Assembly (NCBI GenBank): GCA_965197745.1
Contig: CBDANS010000006.1
Coordinates: 608,001 to 672,000, forward strand
DNA from: Opitutales bacterium
GTDB taxonomy: Bacteria; Verrucomicrobiota; Verrucomicrobiia; Opitutales; PNEW01
DNA length: 64,000 nt
Direction: 5' to 3'
Shown here: in pieces, positions 42,411 to 52,493 of the stretch
Position numbering within the stretch: the stretch's first letter is position 1
Layout: the number at the start of each line of letters is the position of its first letter
Notes under the pieces: generated by a model
The model's database searches: none
The model's input: only the letters and a program-made list of their open reading frames with translations
Told to the model about the DNA's origin: nothing
Program-made: the position numbers and the translations under genes

Positions 42411-43876
42411 CGCGTTTATAACCTTAACACAAGACAACAACCATTAATTATGAAACATAAGTGGTTAAAAGACTTAGAAACTGTTTCCTGTTTGGCTTTG
42501 GAGTCGGGATTGGTCTTATTATCGAGTTCTACATCCACCAGGAGTCCACAATGATATTGTTTGGCTTTGCAAGTTTGATGCTTTTGTGTGTTCTTTTATG
42601 TGCTATTCCTGAATTAAAAACGTGGCTTTTTGTTTTCAAACAAAACTATGTGATATATGTTTTGAGAGTTGAGAATATTGATGGTCTCGATCACTTTTTT
42701 GCTCGAGATATGCAAGGCGAATTTTTATACGACATTCAATGCTCTACAAAAGATTATAAACGCCCTCCATACGATGTTGGAACTGTAGTATATGTACGTG
42801 GTAAACGTGGCTGTAAGAGGAAAGGAGCTTATCAATTACTCGTTGATTGCTTTGTTACCATACCATGATCAGAAATAGAACGCTTAATGACTCAAAATGA
42901 CAACTAAATCACAGGCGAGGTTTAATGCACTGATCAAAGCAGCGTGCTCTAAAGATTTGCGACCAAATCCCCAAAAATCGCGTTCGGCCAATCCCGACGA
43001 TTGTAGCGATATTCAAACTCCTTCACATATTTCTGGAGATGCTTCTTCGAAACGTGGACGTGCGTCCCGCGTATCGAAAGCTTCAAGCGCGCCCAGAACC
43101 CCTCAATCCCGTTAACATGAATATCTCCCCGACTATATTCGCCATCCCCGTGATTAACAGTTCTATGCCTATAACCAATTTTATTAATCCCATTATAAGA
43201 TCGGAGTTCATCAGTATGCATTATGCTTCCTTGTTTCACGTTTTCTTTAACAATGGGTTGAAGGACGTGTTTGCGAACATTAGGAACAATTTTAGTCATT
43301 ATTTCGCCGTTACGTTCAAGCATCCCAAAGACCACCGTTTTATTAGATGCACCACGTCCACGCTTGCCCCCAGAATGTCTCCCCCAAATATAGATTTCGT
43401 CGGCTTCTACAATACCTTTCAAAGTATTTTCACCGTCAACGTCCGCCATATATTTGCGAATTTCGTGCGCCATACGCCATGCGGTTTTGTATGGCACGTC
43501 AAGTTGCCGACTCAGTTCCATTGCTGCAACACCATGCCGAGAAGTAGAAAACAAATACATGGCGTAGAACCACTTATGGAGAGGAAGGTGGGTATTCCCC
43601 ATAAGTGTTCCAACACATGGGTAAAGATGATGACCACAGTGTTGGCATACATATCCACGATCTCTTGTCATGCGATAAAACTTACTAAAAGCGTCACATT
43701 TTGGGCAGTCAAGCTCTGTGCCACCATAGCGCTCAACCATAATACGTTGCAAACATGCTTCATCGTTAGGGAATTGCTTTTGGAATTCATAGAAACTTTT
43801 CATATTGTCCTTAATTTTGGTTTAATTAAGGGTAAATATAACACACAATTAAACTTGTGTAAAGGTTATAAACGCG
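42411..43876 (-). mobile_element. IS1595-family element with a passenger gene
   Basis: IRs CGCGTTTATAACCTT(A/T)ACACAAG; transposase 42949..43803 with CPKC..CQHC, VEADE, HTDE, HVNGIEGFW, EFEYRYN. Confidence 0.92.
42461..42868 (+). CDS. small membrane protein, IS1595 passenger
   Basis: Two hydrophobic segments; lies inside the IRs; start codon uncertain. Confidence 0.55.
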   Translation: MVKRLRNCFLFGFGVGIGLIIEFYIHQESTMILFGFASLMLLCVLLCAIPELKTWLFVFKQNYVIYVLRVENIDGLDHFFARDMQGEFLYDIQCSTKDYKRPPYDVGTVVYVRGKRGCKRKGAYQLLVDCFVTIP

Positions 43877-44037
43877 TTAAGTAATCCAAGTTGCCACCCC
43901 CGATCGATCTCCGCCTATAGCTCTCTCCTATAATTAAATAATGATTAGGTTGGATTACTAACCAACCCGACAAATAATGCTTCATAAGCACAAATTCCTC
44001 ACCACATCTTTGACATCGCTATAATCGTTATAACAGT

Positions 44038-46269
44038 ATGAAAAGAAAACCTATAAAAATAATTCCGATTCTGATTCTCTTGCTCTATTTCCCGGTGCGC
44101 CTGTCAGCCTTGCCTCAAGACCTCGATACTTTTTTCGATTTCGAAAATGTCATAGGTGAAGAGGGAGAGTTCATAATCGGGGAAGCGCCTTTTACGATCC
44201 GGGTTATTGGCTTCATATTGCAAGATGTAGAAAACCCCTCCCTCACACACTCAGGCACTCGGGCCCTGGTTCTCGACCAGAATGCCCCGGATCATAAAAT
44301 CTTATTTGAACGGGGCGTCAACTTGCTTCAGTTTTACGCCGTCGACACCTTGGGCGGTAGTAGAATCGAGCTCAGGGATCTTAATTTTATAGTATTGTCT
44401 GATCAAGGCGTCGTCAACGGTTTACCGACTACTCCCGGTCTACAAAGTTTCGTCTCTTTCAGTGGAGATATCCAGGATTTAACGGATCTTAATTTTACGA
44501 ATGGGATAAAGGAAATTAAGATCGTCAATCCGGGAGGACAAGTCGCCATCGATGACCTGGGATTTACTTATGTCGAGGGGCCGGCGAATAATACGGTGTT
44601 TGAAGAATTTAGTTATTATACAGAGCGTGCTATCTTTTTACCCCCTGATGGCAGTCGAACTAATTTTACCATAGGTTTTCCGCCTTACACCGCCACCTTT
44701 ACCGGTGGTGTTGTCCCTGGGACGCCCAATTTTGGGCCTTTTAATCACTCGATACCTGGTGGGGGTGCGCATTGGGGAATTATAGCTTCAGAGCTCTCAG
44801 GTCAACCAGTTAAAGAGGTTACCGGAGTGATCGAATTTGAAACCCCGGTTGCTCAAGTACAGTTCTATGCCGCCGTATTTTTCGAAAAAGATGGCTTTAT
44901 CGAAATCTTCGATCCTGAAGGTAACTTGCTCACCTCGACCGACGACGTCGGATTGAATATAAGTATTAACTTTAGTCTACCTTTTACTTATTTCGACTTC
45001 AATGCGGTGGAATTAGGCGCCCCGGGTGGGATTGGCAGTGTCCACTATACGAACCGGACGATCACCTCGACAACGGGAGATGTCGATGGTATCAGTTTGG
45101 ACGACATCGGGTATACCCCGGTCGGTGCTCCCGGAAGTGGTTCCGAGGGACCACCCCCTGTAACCGGTCCCTCTATCACTACCCAACCTGCGAGCCAGGA
45201 AGTGCAGTCTGGTACCGCAGTTGTATTGTCCGTCGCAGCCAGCGGTGACGATCTTACTTACCAGTGGTATACCGGCAACAGCGGTAACATTGCCAGTCCC
45301 GTCGTCGGGGCCACCACCAGTAGCTTAACTACCGGTGCTCTAACAACGAGCACAAACTTCTGGGTGTTGTTAACAAATGCCGGAGGGACCGCCAATAGTG
45401 ATACTGCAGTCATTACCGTTTCAGCCCCCTCTGTCCCTCTCGTCCTCGACGGTTCAGGTGATATAGCAGGAGAGAACATCCAGCATCCCAACGGTAACAT
45501 ATTTGATCAGATTCTGCTTACCGGAGAAAGCATCCGGCTTCAGGCAAGACCGAATCAGATCACACGGGTCTCCTTCATGGACGAAAATGAGGACATTGTG
45601 CAGGTAGAGTTCTCGGGCGCAGGGACCTTTACTGTAATCTTGGACCCGGCCACCTTCCTGCCTCCGGCTCCACCCCTACGCTACAACCAGGCCGTCGAGT
45701 ACGTGACCGGTAAGCCGAGCGTAGTCATCGATGGAGCTGACTCCAGTACCTTCTTCAGTATCTTTACGGTGGGATCGATCAACGCGGTGAACCAGGCGCT
45801 CTTCCCCGAGGGACAGGTTTATGACGCGCAAGCCGACGTCACCTTGGTGGAAGTGATCAACTCCACGGGGATGGGAGGGATACAGTTGTCGAATACTGTC
45901 TTCAGTGGAGACACCGGCAAAGTAGGCGTCGATGCACGCGGAGTACCGATAGCAGTACGCTTAACCGTAGGTGACATCGATGCCAGTGACGATGCAGTAC
46001 CACATTTGCTGTTTGGAGAAGGTTCCTTCACGGTGCCGGCCGGCAACCCCGGGTTGCGGATCACTGGAGGAGACCTGGCACAGACAAATGGAGCTTCGAT
46101 CGTAGTCGCGGAGAGCGGATCGACGACGCGAGAATTTGATACCTTGATTACGCAGAACAATTTTAAATCTGACAACACTCCTCAACCGACTCAAAATATC
46201 AATGCAACCTTCGTTAATGAAGAGGGTGATGAGATCACCATTGCTGTCGATGAGGTAACGATCGAGTGA
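44038..46269 (+). CDS. secreted protein: two related beta-rich domains, Ig and conserved C-terminal domain
   Basis: Signal peptide; repeated QFYA..IDDLGFT / LDDIGYT; C-terminal ~370 aa closely similar to 31901..33000. Confidence 0.88.
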   Translation: MKRKPIKIIPILILLLYFPVRLSALPQDLDTFFDFENVIGEEGEFIIGEAPFTIRVIGFILQDVENPSLTHSGTRALVLDQNAPDHKILFERGVNLLQFYAVDTLGGSRIELRDLNFIVLSDQGVVNGLPTTPGLQSFVSFSGDIQDLTDLNFTNGIKEIKIVNPGGQVAIDDLGFTYVEGPANNTVFEEFSYYTERAIFLPPDGSRTNFTIGFPPYTATFTGGVVPGTPNFGPFNHSIPGGGAHWGIIASELSGQPVKEVTGVIEFETPVAQVQFYAAVFFEKDGFIEIFDPEGNLLTSTDDVGLNISINFSLPFTYFDFNAVELGAPGGIGSVHYTNRTITSTTGDVDGISLDDIGYTPVGAPGSGSEGPPPVTGPSITTQPASQEVQSGTAVVLSVAASGDDLTYQWYTGNSGNIASPVVGATTSSLTTGALTTSTNFWVLLTNAGGTANSDTAVITVSAPSVPLVLDGSGDIAGENIQHPNGNIFDQILLTGESIRLQARPNQITRVSFMDENEDIVQVEFSGAGTFTVILDPATFLPPAPPLRYNQAVEYVTGKPSVVIDGADSSTFFSIFTVGSINAVNQALFPEGQVYDAQADVTLVEVINSTGMGGIQLSNTVFSGDTGKVGVDARGVPIAVRLTVGDIDASDDAVPHLLFGEGSFTVPAGNPGLRITGGDLAQTNGASIVVAESGSTTREFDTLITQNNFKSDNTPQPTQNINATFVNEEGDEITIAVDEVTIE

Positions 46270-46280
46270 GACGATTGTGG

Positions 46281-46343
46281 ATGTCGGTCTTCGCCCTCGG
46301 TACGGAATGCGGAATGAGGGATGTCGCGCTTAGCTCTCGGTAC
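46281..46343 (-). repeat. two TACCGAG-hairpin-CGAC units 40 bp apart within A(A/T)TCCG heptamer repeats
   Basis: GTACCGAGGGCGAAGACCGACAT (46281..46303) and GTACCGAGAGCTAAGCGCGACAT (46321..46343). Confidence 0.85.
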
Positions 46344-46402
46344 GGATTACGGATTGTGTCTAACGGTTATCGAATATAATTCTTATCTTCGTAATTATCC
46401 TC

Positions 46403-46559
46403 TTGTCATTGCGAGGAGCAATGCGACGAAGCTACCGAGCTCAGCGACATCTTCCACTCCAGGAGGATGTCGGTCACGTATTGACAGCCCCCTGGAATAG
46501 AAGATGTCGCGTTTCACGCTCGGTAGCCACAGTCAGCTACGCTTCCTTCGCGATGACAA
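46403..46559. repeat. GTCATTGCGAG..CGC(G/A)ATGAC palindromic element with micro-insertions in both arms
   Basis: Terminal TTGTCATTGCGAGG / CTTCGCGATGACAA; inserts at 46433..46448 and 46506..46525. Confidence 0.8.
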
Positions 46560-46663
46560 ATGGAATCAATCCGCAATTGAGACGGCCTGATTGACACCCA
46601 GAGCGCGGAAGTAATATTCTGATCTGTTCTGAATTGTGCATGTAGCACACTAAACGGGTGCGC

Positions 46664-47716
46664 TCAGGCATATTGCACGAGAATCTCGACATGATCCAGC
46701 CGCGGAGTCACGCAAATCGCCGGGTTGAGGCATTCCACGTCGATCTTCAATTCATTCTGGCCGAGCCTCAAGACATCGGGCGGCACGGGATAAGTCATGC
46801 GGGTAAAATTGTCCATGATAAACTGCGCCCGAGTGCTCCGCGCATCTCCCGGCAATAGCCTTCCGTTAACTGAGACCTCATACTCATCCGGCTGCGTGAA
46901 GTTGTGTACCTGCAAGTGCAAGGTGACTCTCGGCGACAGCGCCCGTTGCCGCGCCGCTTCCAGATCATCGGCAATCCCGAACGGGATGACGTGTGACCCA
47001 ACCGACAGCTCCACAGGGAGCACGATCGCGTCGATACCCCGGTAGATCCTGTGGTTCTGTCCCGATTCAGCGCCCTGGTTTGGCGCGCGCGGATGTGAAT
47101 CGAGATCGTAATCGCAGTTGAGAAAGGCAATTGCGCCCGGATCGTGGATCTCGCGCAGCACACGATAATAATCCGGGTGCAGATCGTCGTACCAGACCGT
47201 CCCTGTTCGCTCGGATTGCGGTGGCGTATCTTTTCCGTGTCCGTAGAGCAAGTGCCCGTAGTTGAACAGTTGCAGACCATGCGCTCCCCGGTGATACATT
47301 AACTTGGCCCAGGCGCGGGTCACTTCCGTCCTTCTCCAGTGGTTCGCGCAGGGGAAAATCCAGCAGTCATGCCCTTCGACCAGTTCCAACCACGGACCGA
47401 GGTCCATATCGAATAACATGTATCCGGCGCCAGGCGCAACGGCGTCGACCAACCCCTCATTTACCCACGTGCGCACGTCCATTCCTCGTTGCCAGCACGT
47501 GTCGATATCTGCCACGACACGCACATGCAGGTACATGGGCCGACCACGTTCGCTGCTCACGCGGTCCAGAATCTCGCGCGTCTGCCGTACCATGTCCGTG
47601 ATAAGCGCAGCGTTTTCCGCCTTGCCGAACTCTTTGAAGTAGCGAGGATCGCGGTCGAAATAAAGCGCGACGCCGTCGTTGTCCCATCGGGTGATGAACT
47701 CCTCGATGATGGCCAT
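46664..47716 (-). pseudogene. glycoside-hydrolase-like TIM-barrel protein, 5' part removed at the IS3 boundary
   Basis: DGVALYFDR, GMDVRTWVNEGLVD, GAHGLQLFNY; the ORF start lies inside the IS left IR. Confidence 0.65.
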
Positions 47717-49034
47717 TGGTCGTGACCACGAAAACTGGTACACTTGAAAAGTTAGTCTGGGTAACCTAGAAAGGACTCAGACAATGAAAGGCAAAAGATA
47801 CACAACTGAAGAGAAAATACGGATGCTGCGGCAGGCGGACAAAGGGAAAACGATCCTGGAAGCATGCCGCGAGAACAACATTAGCGAACAGACTTTCCAC
47901 CGCTGGAAGCGTGAGTTTGGGATGATTGATGTCGACCAGGCCAAGCGGATGAAGGAACTCTTTGAAGGAGAACGCGCGGTTAAAACGGATGCTGGCGGAC
48001 AAGATGCTGGGGATAGAGATCCTGCAGGAGACCCTCGAAAAAAAACTGTAAGCCCTGGGCACAAGCGGCAAGTGGCAGAGAGACTTGTGGCTCGGGGCCA
48101 GTGTTCGATGCGAGCGGGGTGCCGGTACTTTCGGCTGCACCGTTCCACCTATGCGTATAAGGCGAAGCATCCGGATGCCTGGTTAATGAAACTGAAGGCG
48201 GCAGTAAGGCGGTTATCACGGCAATATGCCAGGTGGGGCTATCCGAAGATCACGAAGCTGTTGAAAGACGAAGGCTGGGAGGTGGGTAAACGTCTCGTGC
48301 AAGGTCTACGACGCGAACTGGGCTTGGCGATCCCCCAACGCAAGCCAAGACGTCGGGGCAGGGGTGTTTCCACCGGGCTGCCGACCAAGGCCGAACATCC
48401 CGGCCATGTTTGGACCTGGGATTTTATCCACGATAAGACGGTCCGCGGTGGCAGTTTAAAAATGTTGACCGTGCTCGATGAGTACACCCGCGAGTGTCGA
48501 GTGATCCATGTTGATCGCCATATCAATGCGGAAACGGTGCGCGGTATCATGCAAAAACTGCTTGCCCGTCATGGGCCGCCACAATATATTCGCAGTGACA
48601 ACGGTTCCGTTCCGAGGAGCGAAGCGACGACATGCGAAGCCATTCATTGAAAAGGAATTGAGAGCCTGGCTAACTGCGATGAAAATCAAAACCCTCTATA
48701 TCGAACCAGGAAGCCCTTGGCAGAACGGATACATCGAATCGTTGCATGCCCGTTTTCGCGAGGAGTGTTTAAACCGTGAACAGCTATGGACTTTGACCGA
48801 AGCCCGCGTGGTGATCGAGGACTGGCGCTGGCTTTACAATAATGTCCGACCCCACCGCAGCCTCGGCAATATCACCCCACGGTGCTTCGCTGAAGACATT
48901 AATACCGAAGGCTTGGGCTCCATTCGGGCTACGCCCTCATTGCGCCCAAGCCTTGACTTCCTCTACCAACTTAACTTCAACATTAACCTCTCCAGACTAA
49001 CTCTCTCGGTGGACCAGTTTACGTAACCCGATCA
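47717..49034 (+). mobile_element. IS3-family element, subfamily B (extra T in orfA; micro-insertion in orfB)
   Basis: IRs TGGTCGTGACCACGAAACTGGTACAC / GTGGACCAGTTTACGTAACCCGATCA; WTWDF, SDNGS, PGSPWQNGYIES. Confidence 0.92.
48610..48641 (+). repeat. 32-nt micro-insertion identical to 17827..17858
   Basis: AAC GGT TCC G[insert]A TTC ATT. Confidence 0.95.
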
Positions 49035-49086
49035 GTACTAATATAGGTTGGGACTGATTTTAAAATAAAGTTAATCAATACTGAAA

Positions 49087-49887
49087 ATGATTATCAAAAG
49101 AAAGAATTTCGTATTCGCATCAATAACTTGGACGATCTCCGGTTTATGTCTTTTTACTAATGTTTTTTGTAATCAATTATCAGGAAGCTATGATAAGAAC
49201 TTTGAACCCTTTTTTAATTCTAAAATTAGTGAAATATCAGATTTGAATAAAAAGGAGGAATTAGAGAATCTTTTCAGTCAAATTGTATCATTACGTGACA
49301 TGCTTCGTGGCCGCGGCATAAATGATCGTGGCACTAGCATAAATAATGAATATGAAGATTTAACAGTTAGGCTTTCAGAAAAATTGAAGCAAGCAGTTAG
49401 GCAAACGGATATCCGAGCTGCATCGACATTTCTTTTTGACACAGTCGAAGATAATTACAACCGCCAGGCAGGACTATCTGCACTTCGTGAATATCAAGAA
49501 TTTAAAATCACTGATATTGAGTTACTCAGTAAGTTATATGTATCTTTAGACTACGAGGACAAAAATCACCACTCGGATAGACGATGGGTTGTACCTTCTA
49601 TTGCAAGAGCCCAACTATCACGTTGGATAGAATACGTGCTTGGTTTAGGAAATGTAGACTCTGCTCCAGCAAAAGAGAAGTATTCTAATCCAAGAAAGTG
49701 GTTAATAAGTAACTTGGAATTAGCGAAACAGTTAGATCAGAATAAAGATTTTTTACCTCTTATTGAGAGTAGCCTAGAGGCTGTACAAATAAACTATGGT
49801 ATTATCAATTCTGTTAAAATAAAAAAAGATAATGTTGATCGGACCCCGTTTACTGTACCAGAGCCCGTGTTAGATCCATCAGGATAG
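49087..49887 (+). CDS. AT-rich secreted hypothetical protein, 3' end cut by an IS end at 49836
   Basis: Signal-like N-terminus; last ~17 codons read through IS terminal sequence. Confidence 0.6.
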   Translation: MIIKRKNFVFASITWTISGLCLFTNVFCNQLSGSYDKNFEPFFNSKISEISDLNKKEELENLFSQIVSLRDMLRGRGINDRGTSINNEYEDLTVRLSEKLKQAVRQTDIRAASTFLFDTVEDNYNRQAGLSALREYQEFKITDIELLSKLYVSLDYEDKNHHSDRRWVVPSIARAQLSRWIEYVLGLGNVDSAPAKEKYSNPRKWLISNLELAKQLDQNKDFLPLIESSLEAVQINYGIINSVKIKKDNVDRTPFTVPEPVLDPSG

Positions 49888-50870
49888 TAAGAGTTTTGAT
49901 TTGCTTAGATATGGCTCTCTGGACGTATTCGGCCGGAGGCCGATAGCCCAGAGAACTGTGGAGTCTTTGAGTATTACAATCAAGGCGTCCGGCTTCAGAT
50001 TTTCTATCACATTGGAGTGACCCTAAAAATCGCATCATTTTCAGAGAGAAGTTATGGGGATAGACAGTAAGCTCAATGAAAAGAAAAAGAGAGCCAACAA
50101 ACAGATTATAGCAATACTGGGGCGAGCAGATACAGGAAAGACGGTAGAGGAAGTCTGCTGTGGCAAACAAGGTTAGAGAAAAGATCTTACACTGATTGAA
50201 TCGGGAGTTGATGATGATCGATGGGGACCAGGCCAAGCGGATGATGGATTGGGAAGGGAAAACACACTTGAAGCGAATCCTAACGGATACGATGCCTGGT
50301 GCGGAGATTGTACAAGAGGCGCTGGGCACAAGCAAGAAGCGGTTGAAAAGTTTGTGTCTCGGGATCGCTGTTCGATGCGTGGGGGGGTCAATATTTTCGT
50401 TTTTACCGCTCTGCCTATTCCTATAAGGGGAAGTATCCTTATGCTTGGTTAACAAAGCTGAAAGCAGCGGTGAGATGTTTGTCACGACAATACACTGGAG
50501 ATAAGGCTACATCAAGATCACGAAGCTGTTGCAGGAGGAGGGGGGCGTTAAGGAACCGATGGTGCATGGGCTGCGCTGTCAACTGGGCTTGGCGATTGCG
50601 CTCCATAGACCGAAACATTGATGCAGGGGCACTTCCACTGGCTTGCCAACTGCGACCGAGCATCCCAGCCATCGTCCTTAGTTGGGACTTTATCCACGAC
50701 AAAACGATTCGCGGGGAGCGATCCAAAATAGCTGGCTATCCATAATGAATATACGCGTGAGGTTCTGCTTATCCACGTCGAGCGTCTCATTACCACCATG
50801 AGCGTGCGATCATGCAAAAGCAGATCGACACAGTCACGGGGCTCCATGCTATTATAGCAGCGACAACTCA
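49836..50870. mobile_element. degenerate IS3 fragments (subfamily C right end on minus; A/B mosaic on plus from 50013)
   Basis: Similarity to 57145..57300, 54523..54700 and 47900..48600. Confidence 0.8.
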
Positions 50871-51237
50871 ACGAGCGATAGCGAGAATAACAAACAGATC
50901 TATTGAAGTATTGTACTTGTTGCAACTTGATCTGACAGACACTGCTTGATCAAATCACAACTCGGTCAGGCAAAAACATTTATAGTTTTCTTCTCAACTT
51001 CTAATCAAATAATAAGTTATCGTCGTGGAGTGCCCCAAAAAAATCCACTCGAAAATTCTTGGCCGATTCCTGGCTGAAGATCAGCATAAAAGTATGATTC
51101 CTGCCCATTCCTGCCAAACATTTTGAGGCAAGGTCAGGAAATTAGAGGAAAATATAAATTATTATTGGGTCGTTATTTAAGTGTAACTAATTTTTAATAA
51201 GTATCTTATAAGGCATTATTGAGTCCCGTTCATAGTC

Positions 51238-51537
51238 GGTTTCATCGAGTCGTTTCACACCGTTTACGCGATGAGTGTTTGAACCGTGAAGTGTTGCTCA
51301 GCGTAGCTGAAGCCCAAGTTGTAATCGAACAATGGCGTCATAATTACAATAATGAACATCCCCACACTCGTTTAGGCTTTAAAAGCCCACTAGAGTTTGT
51401 CAGATTCCTTTCCGATCTTGGCCTCGTCGGGCTAGGCCCTCACTTCGCCAAGATCTCTCATATACATCAATCCTAAAACCATTAACACCCCGATACTCTC
51501 TCACTTAAAAATTGGTACGAATAACGGGGTCCGACCA
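51238..51537 (+). mobile_element. IS3 subfamily A right-end fragment
   Basis: RLRDECLNREVLL (empty RDEC site) through the IR ..ACGGGGTCCGACCA. Confidence 0.88.
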
Positions 51538-52449
51538 CTTACCCTCCACAATCATCAAGTCCTCAATGGCGGAGAGAATAACATCCAATTCTCGATGATC
51601 GATTGTATCTAATGGCGATTGAAAATAATTTCGGATCGTCGCACTTCGAATAACGCCGCGACGTCTGAGTACTTCCTTGTAAAGCTGCAACGGGTAGAGA
51701 GATTGCATATTCAGGAGAGGAAGCAAGCGATCGAATAAACGCCGTGCTTTTGCAGCATCACCGCGCTCATAAGTATTCCATATCGCTGCATGCACATCCG
51801 GAATATCGCAAGCCGGCATCGTCCCGCACACTCCCCTGGCCATCTCGTTCATCATGTGCCGGCCGGCCAATCCACCGAATATCCCGTGCAGCTTTTCTTT
51901 ACGCTGAACAAGCTCGAAAAGTTTCGAAACCACATGCGTGCAGAAAAGAGATTCCTCCTTGATATAATGAATATGTTCAATCTCATCGATGAGACGCGCC
52001 ATAAATTCCGGACTCATCGGTGAGCCGACGAAGATGGAGTTTTGAACAATAACGGGAACTTCGGTTGCTGCACCAATGGCTTCAAAATAGCGATATATCC
52101 CCTCACTGTGCAGAGGCTTGATTGGTGGTGACATTGCCATGATCCCATCGGCGCCCAATCCGTTCATCGCCTTCGTCAACTCTGCGGCTGCGTGCGCAGA
52201 CACTCCGCTAGCGACGAGGACTACGGGGATTCGTCCATTCGCCTGTTCACAAACAATGCGGCTGACAAGTAGTCGCTCTTCATCCGAGAGTGCGAAAAAT
52301 TCACTGACATTCGCAGGAACTACCAACCCATGCGCACCCACATCAATGCTAAAATTAACAACCGAGCGAAGAGACTCTTCATCAATACTGCCATCTTCAT
52401 AAAAAGGTGCGACAAGAATAACGTATACACCGCGAAATTTATTTCCCAT
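51505..52449 (-). CDS. dihydrodipicolinate synthase (DapA/NanA) family lyase; C-terminus runs into the IS end
   Basis: GVY..LVAPFYEDGSID, SEFFALSDEER, YIKEES Schiff-base Lys. Confidence 0.88.
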   Translation of the reverse strand: MGNKFRGVYVILVAPFYEDGSIDEESLRSVVNFSIDVGAHGLVVPANVSEFFALSDEERLLVSRIVCEQANGRIPVVLVASGVSAHAAAELTKAMNGLGADGIMAMSPPIKPLHSEGIYRYFEAIGAATEVPVIVQNSIFVGSPMSPEFMARLIDEIEHIHYIKEESLFCTHVVSKLFELVQRKEKLHGIFGGLAGRHMMNEMARGVCGTMPACDIPDVHAAIWNTYERGDAAKARRLFDRLLPLLNMQSLYPLQLYKEVLRRRGVIRSATIRNYFQSPLDTIDHRELDVILSAIEDLMIVEGKWSDPVIRTNF

Positions 52450-52493
52450 ATTATGGACGAGTCAAAAGATCAAAACGTCAAAAAGAATTAACC

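Noticed and set aside
43039..43884. 281-aa plus-strand ORF
   Set aside because: Antisense shadow of the IS1595 transposase with no motifs of its own
46270..46560. CRISPR-like array
   Set aside because: Few units, variable interiors, mixed orientation and no cas genes
47784..48650. Apparent natural orfA-orfB fusion
   Set aside because: Produced by an extra T at ~47961 that scrambles the orfA C-terminus
49850..50925. Several 70-211 aa ORFs
   Set aside because: They lie across degenerate IS fragments and are not independent genes
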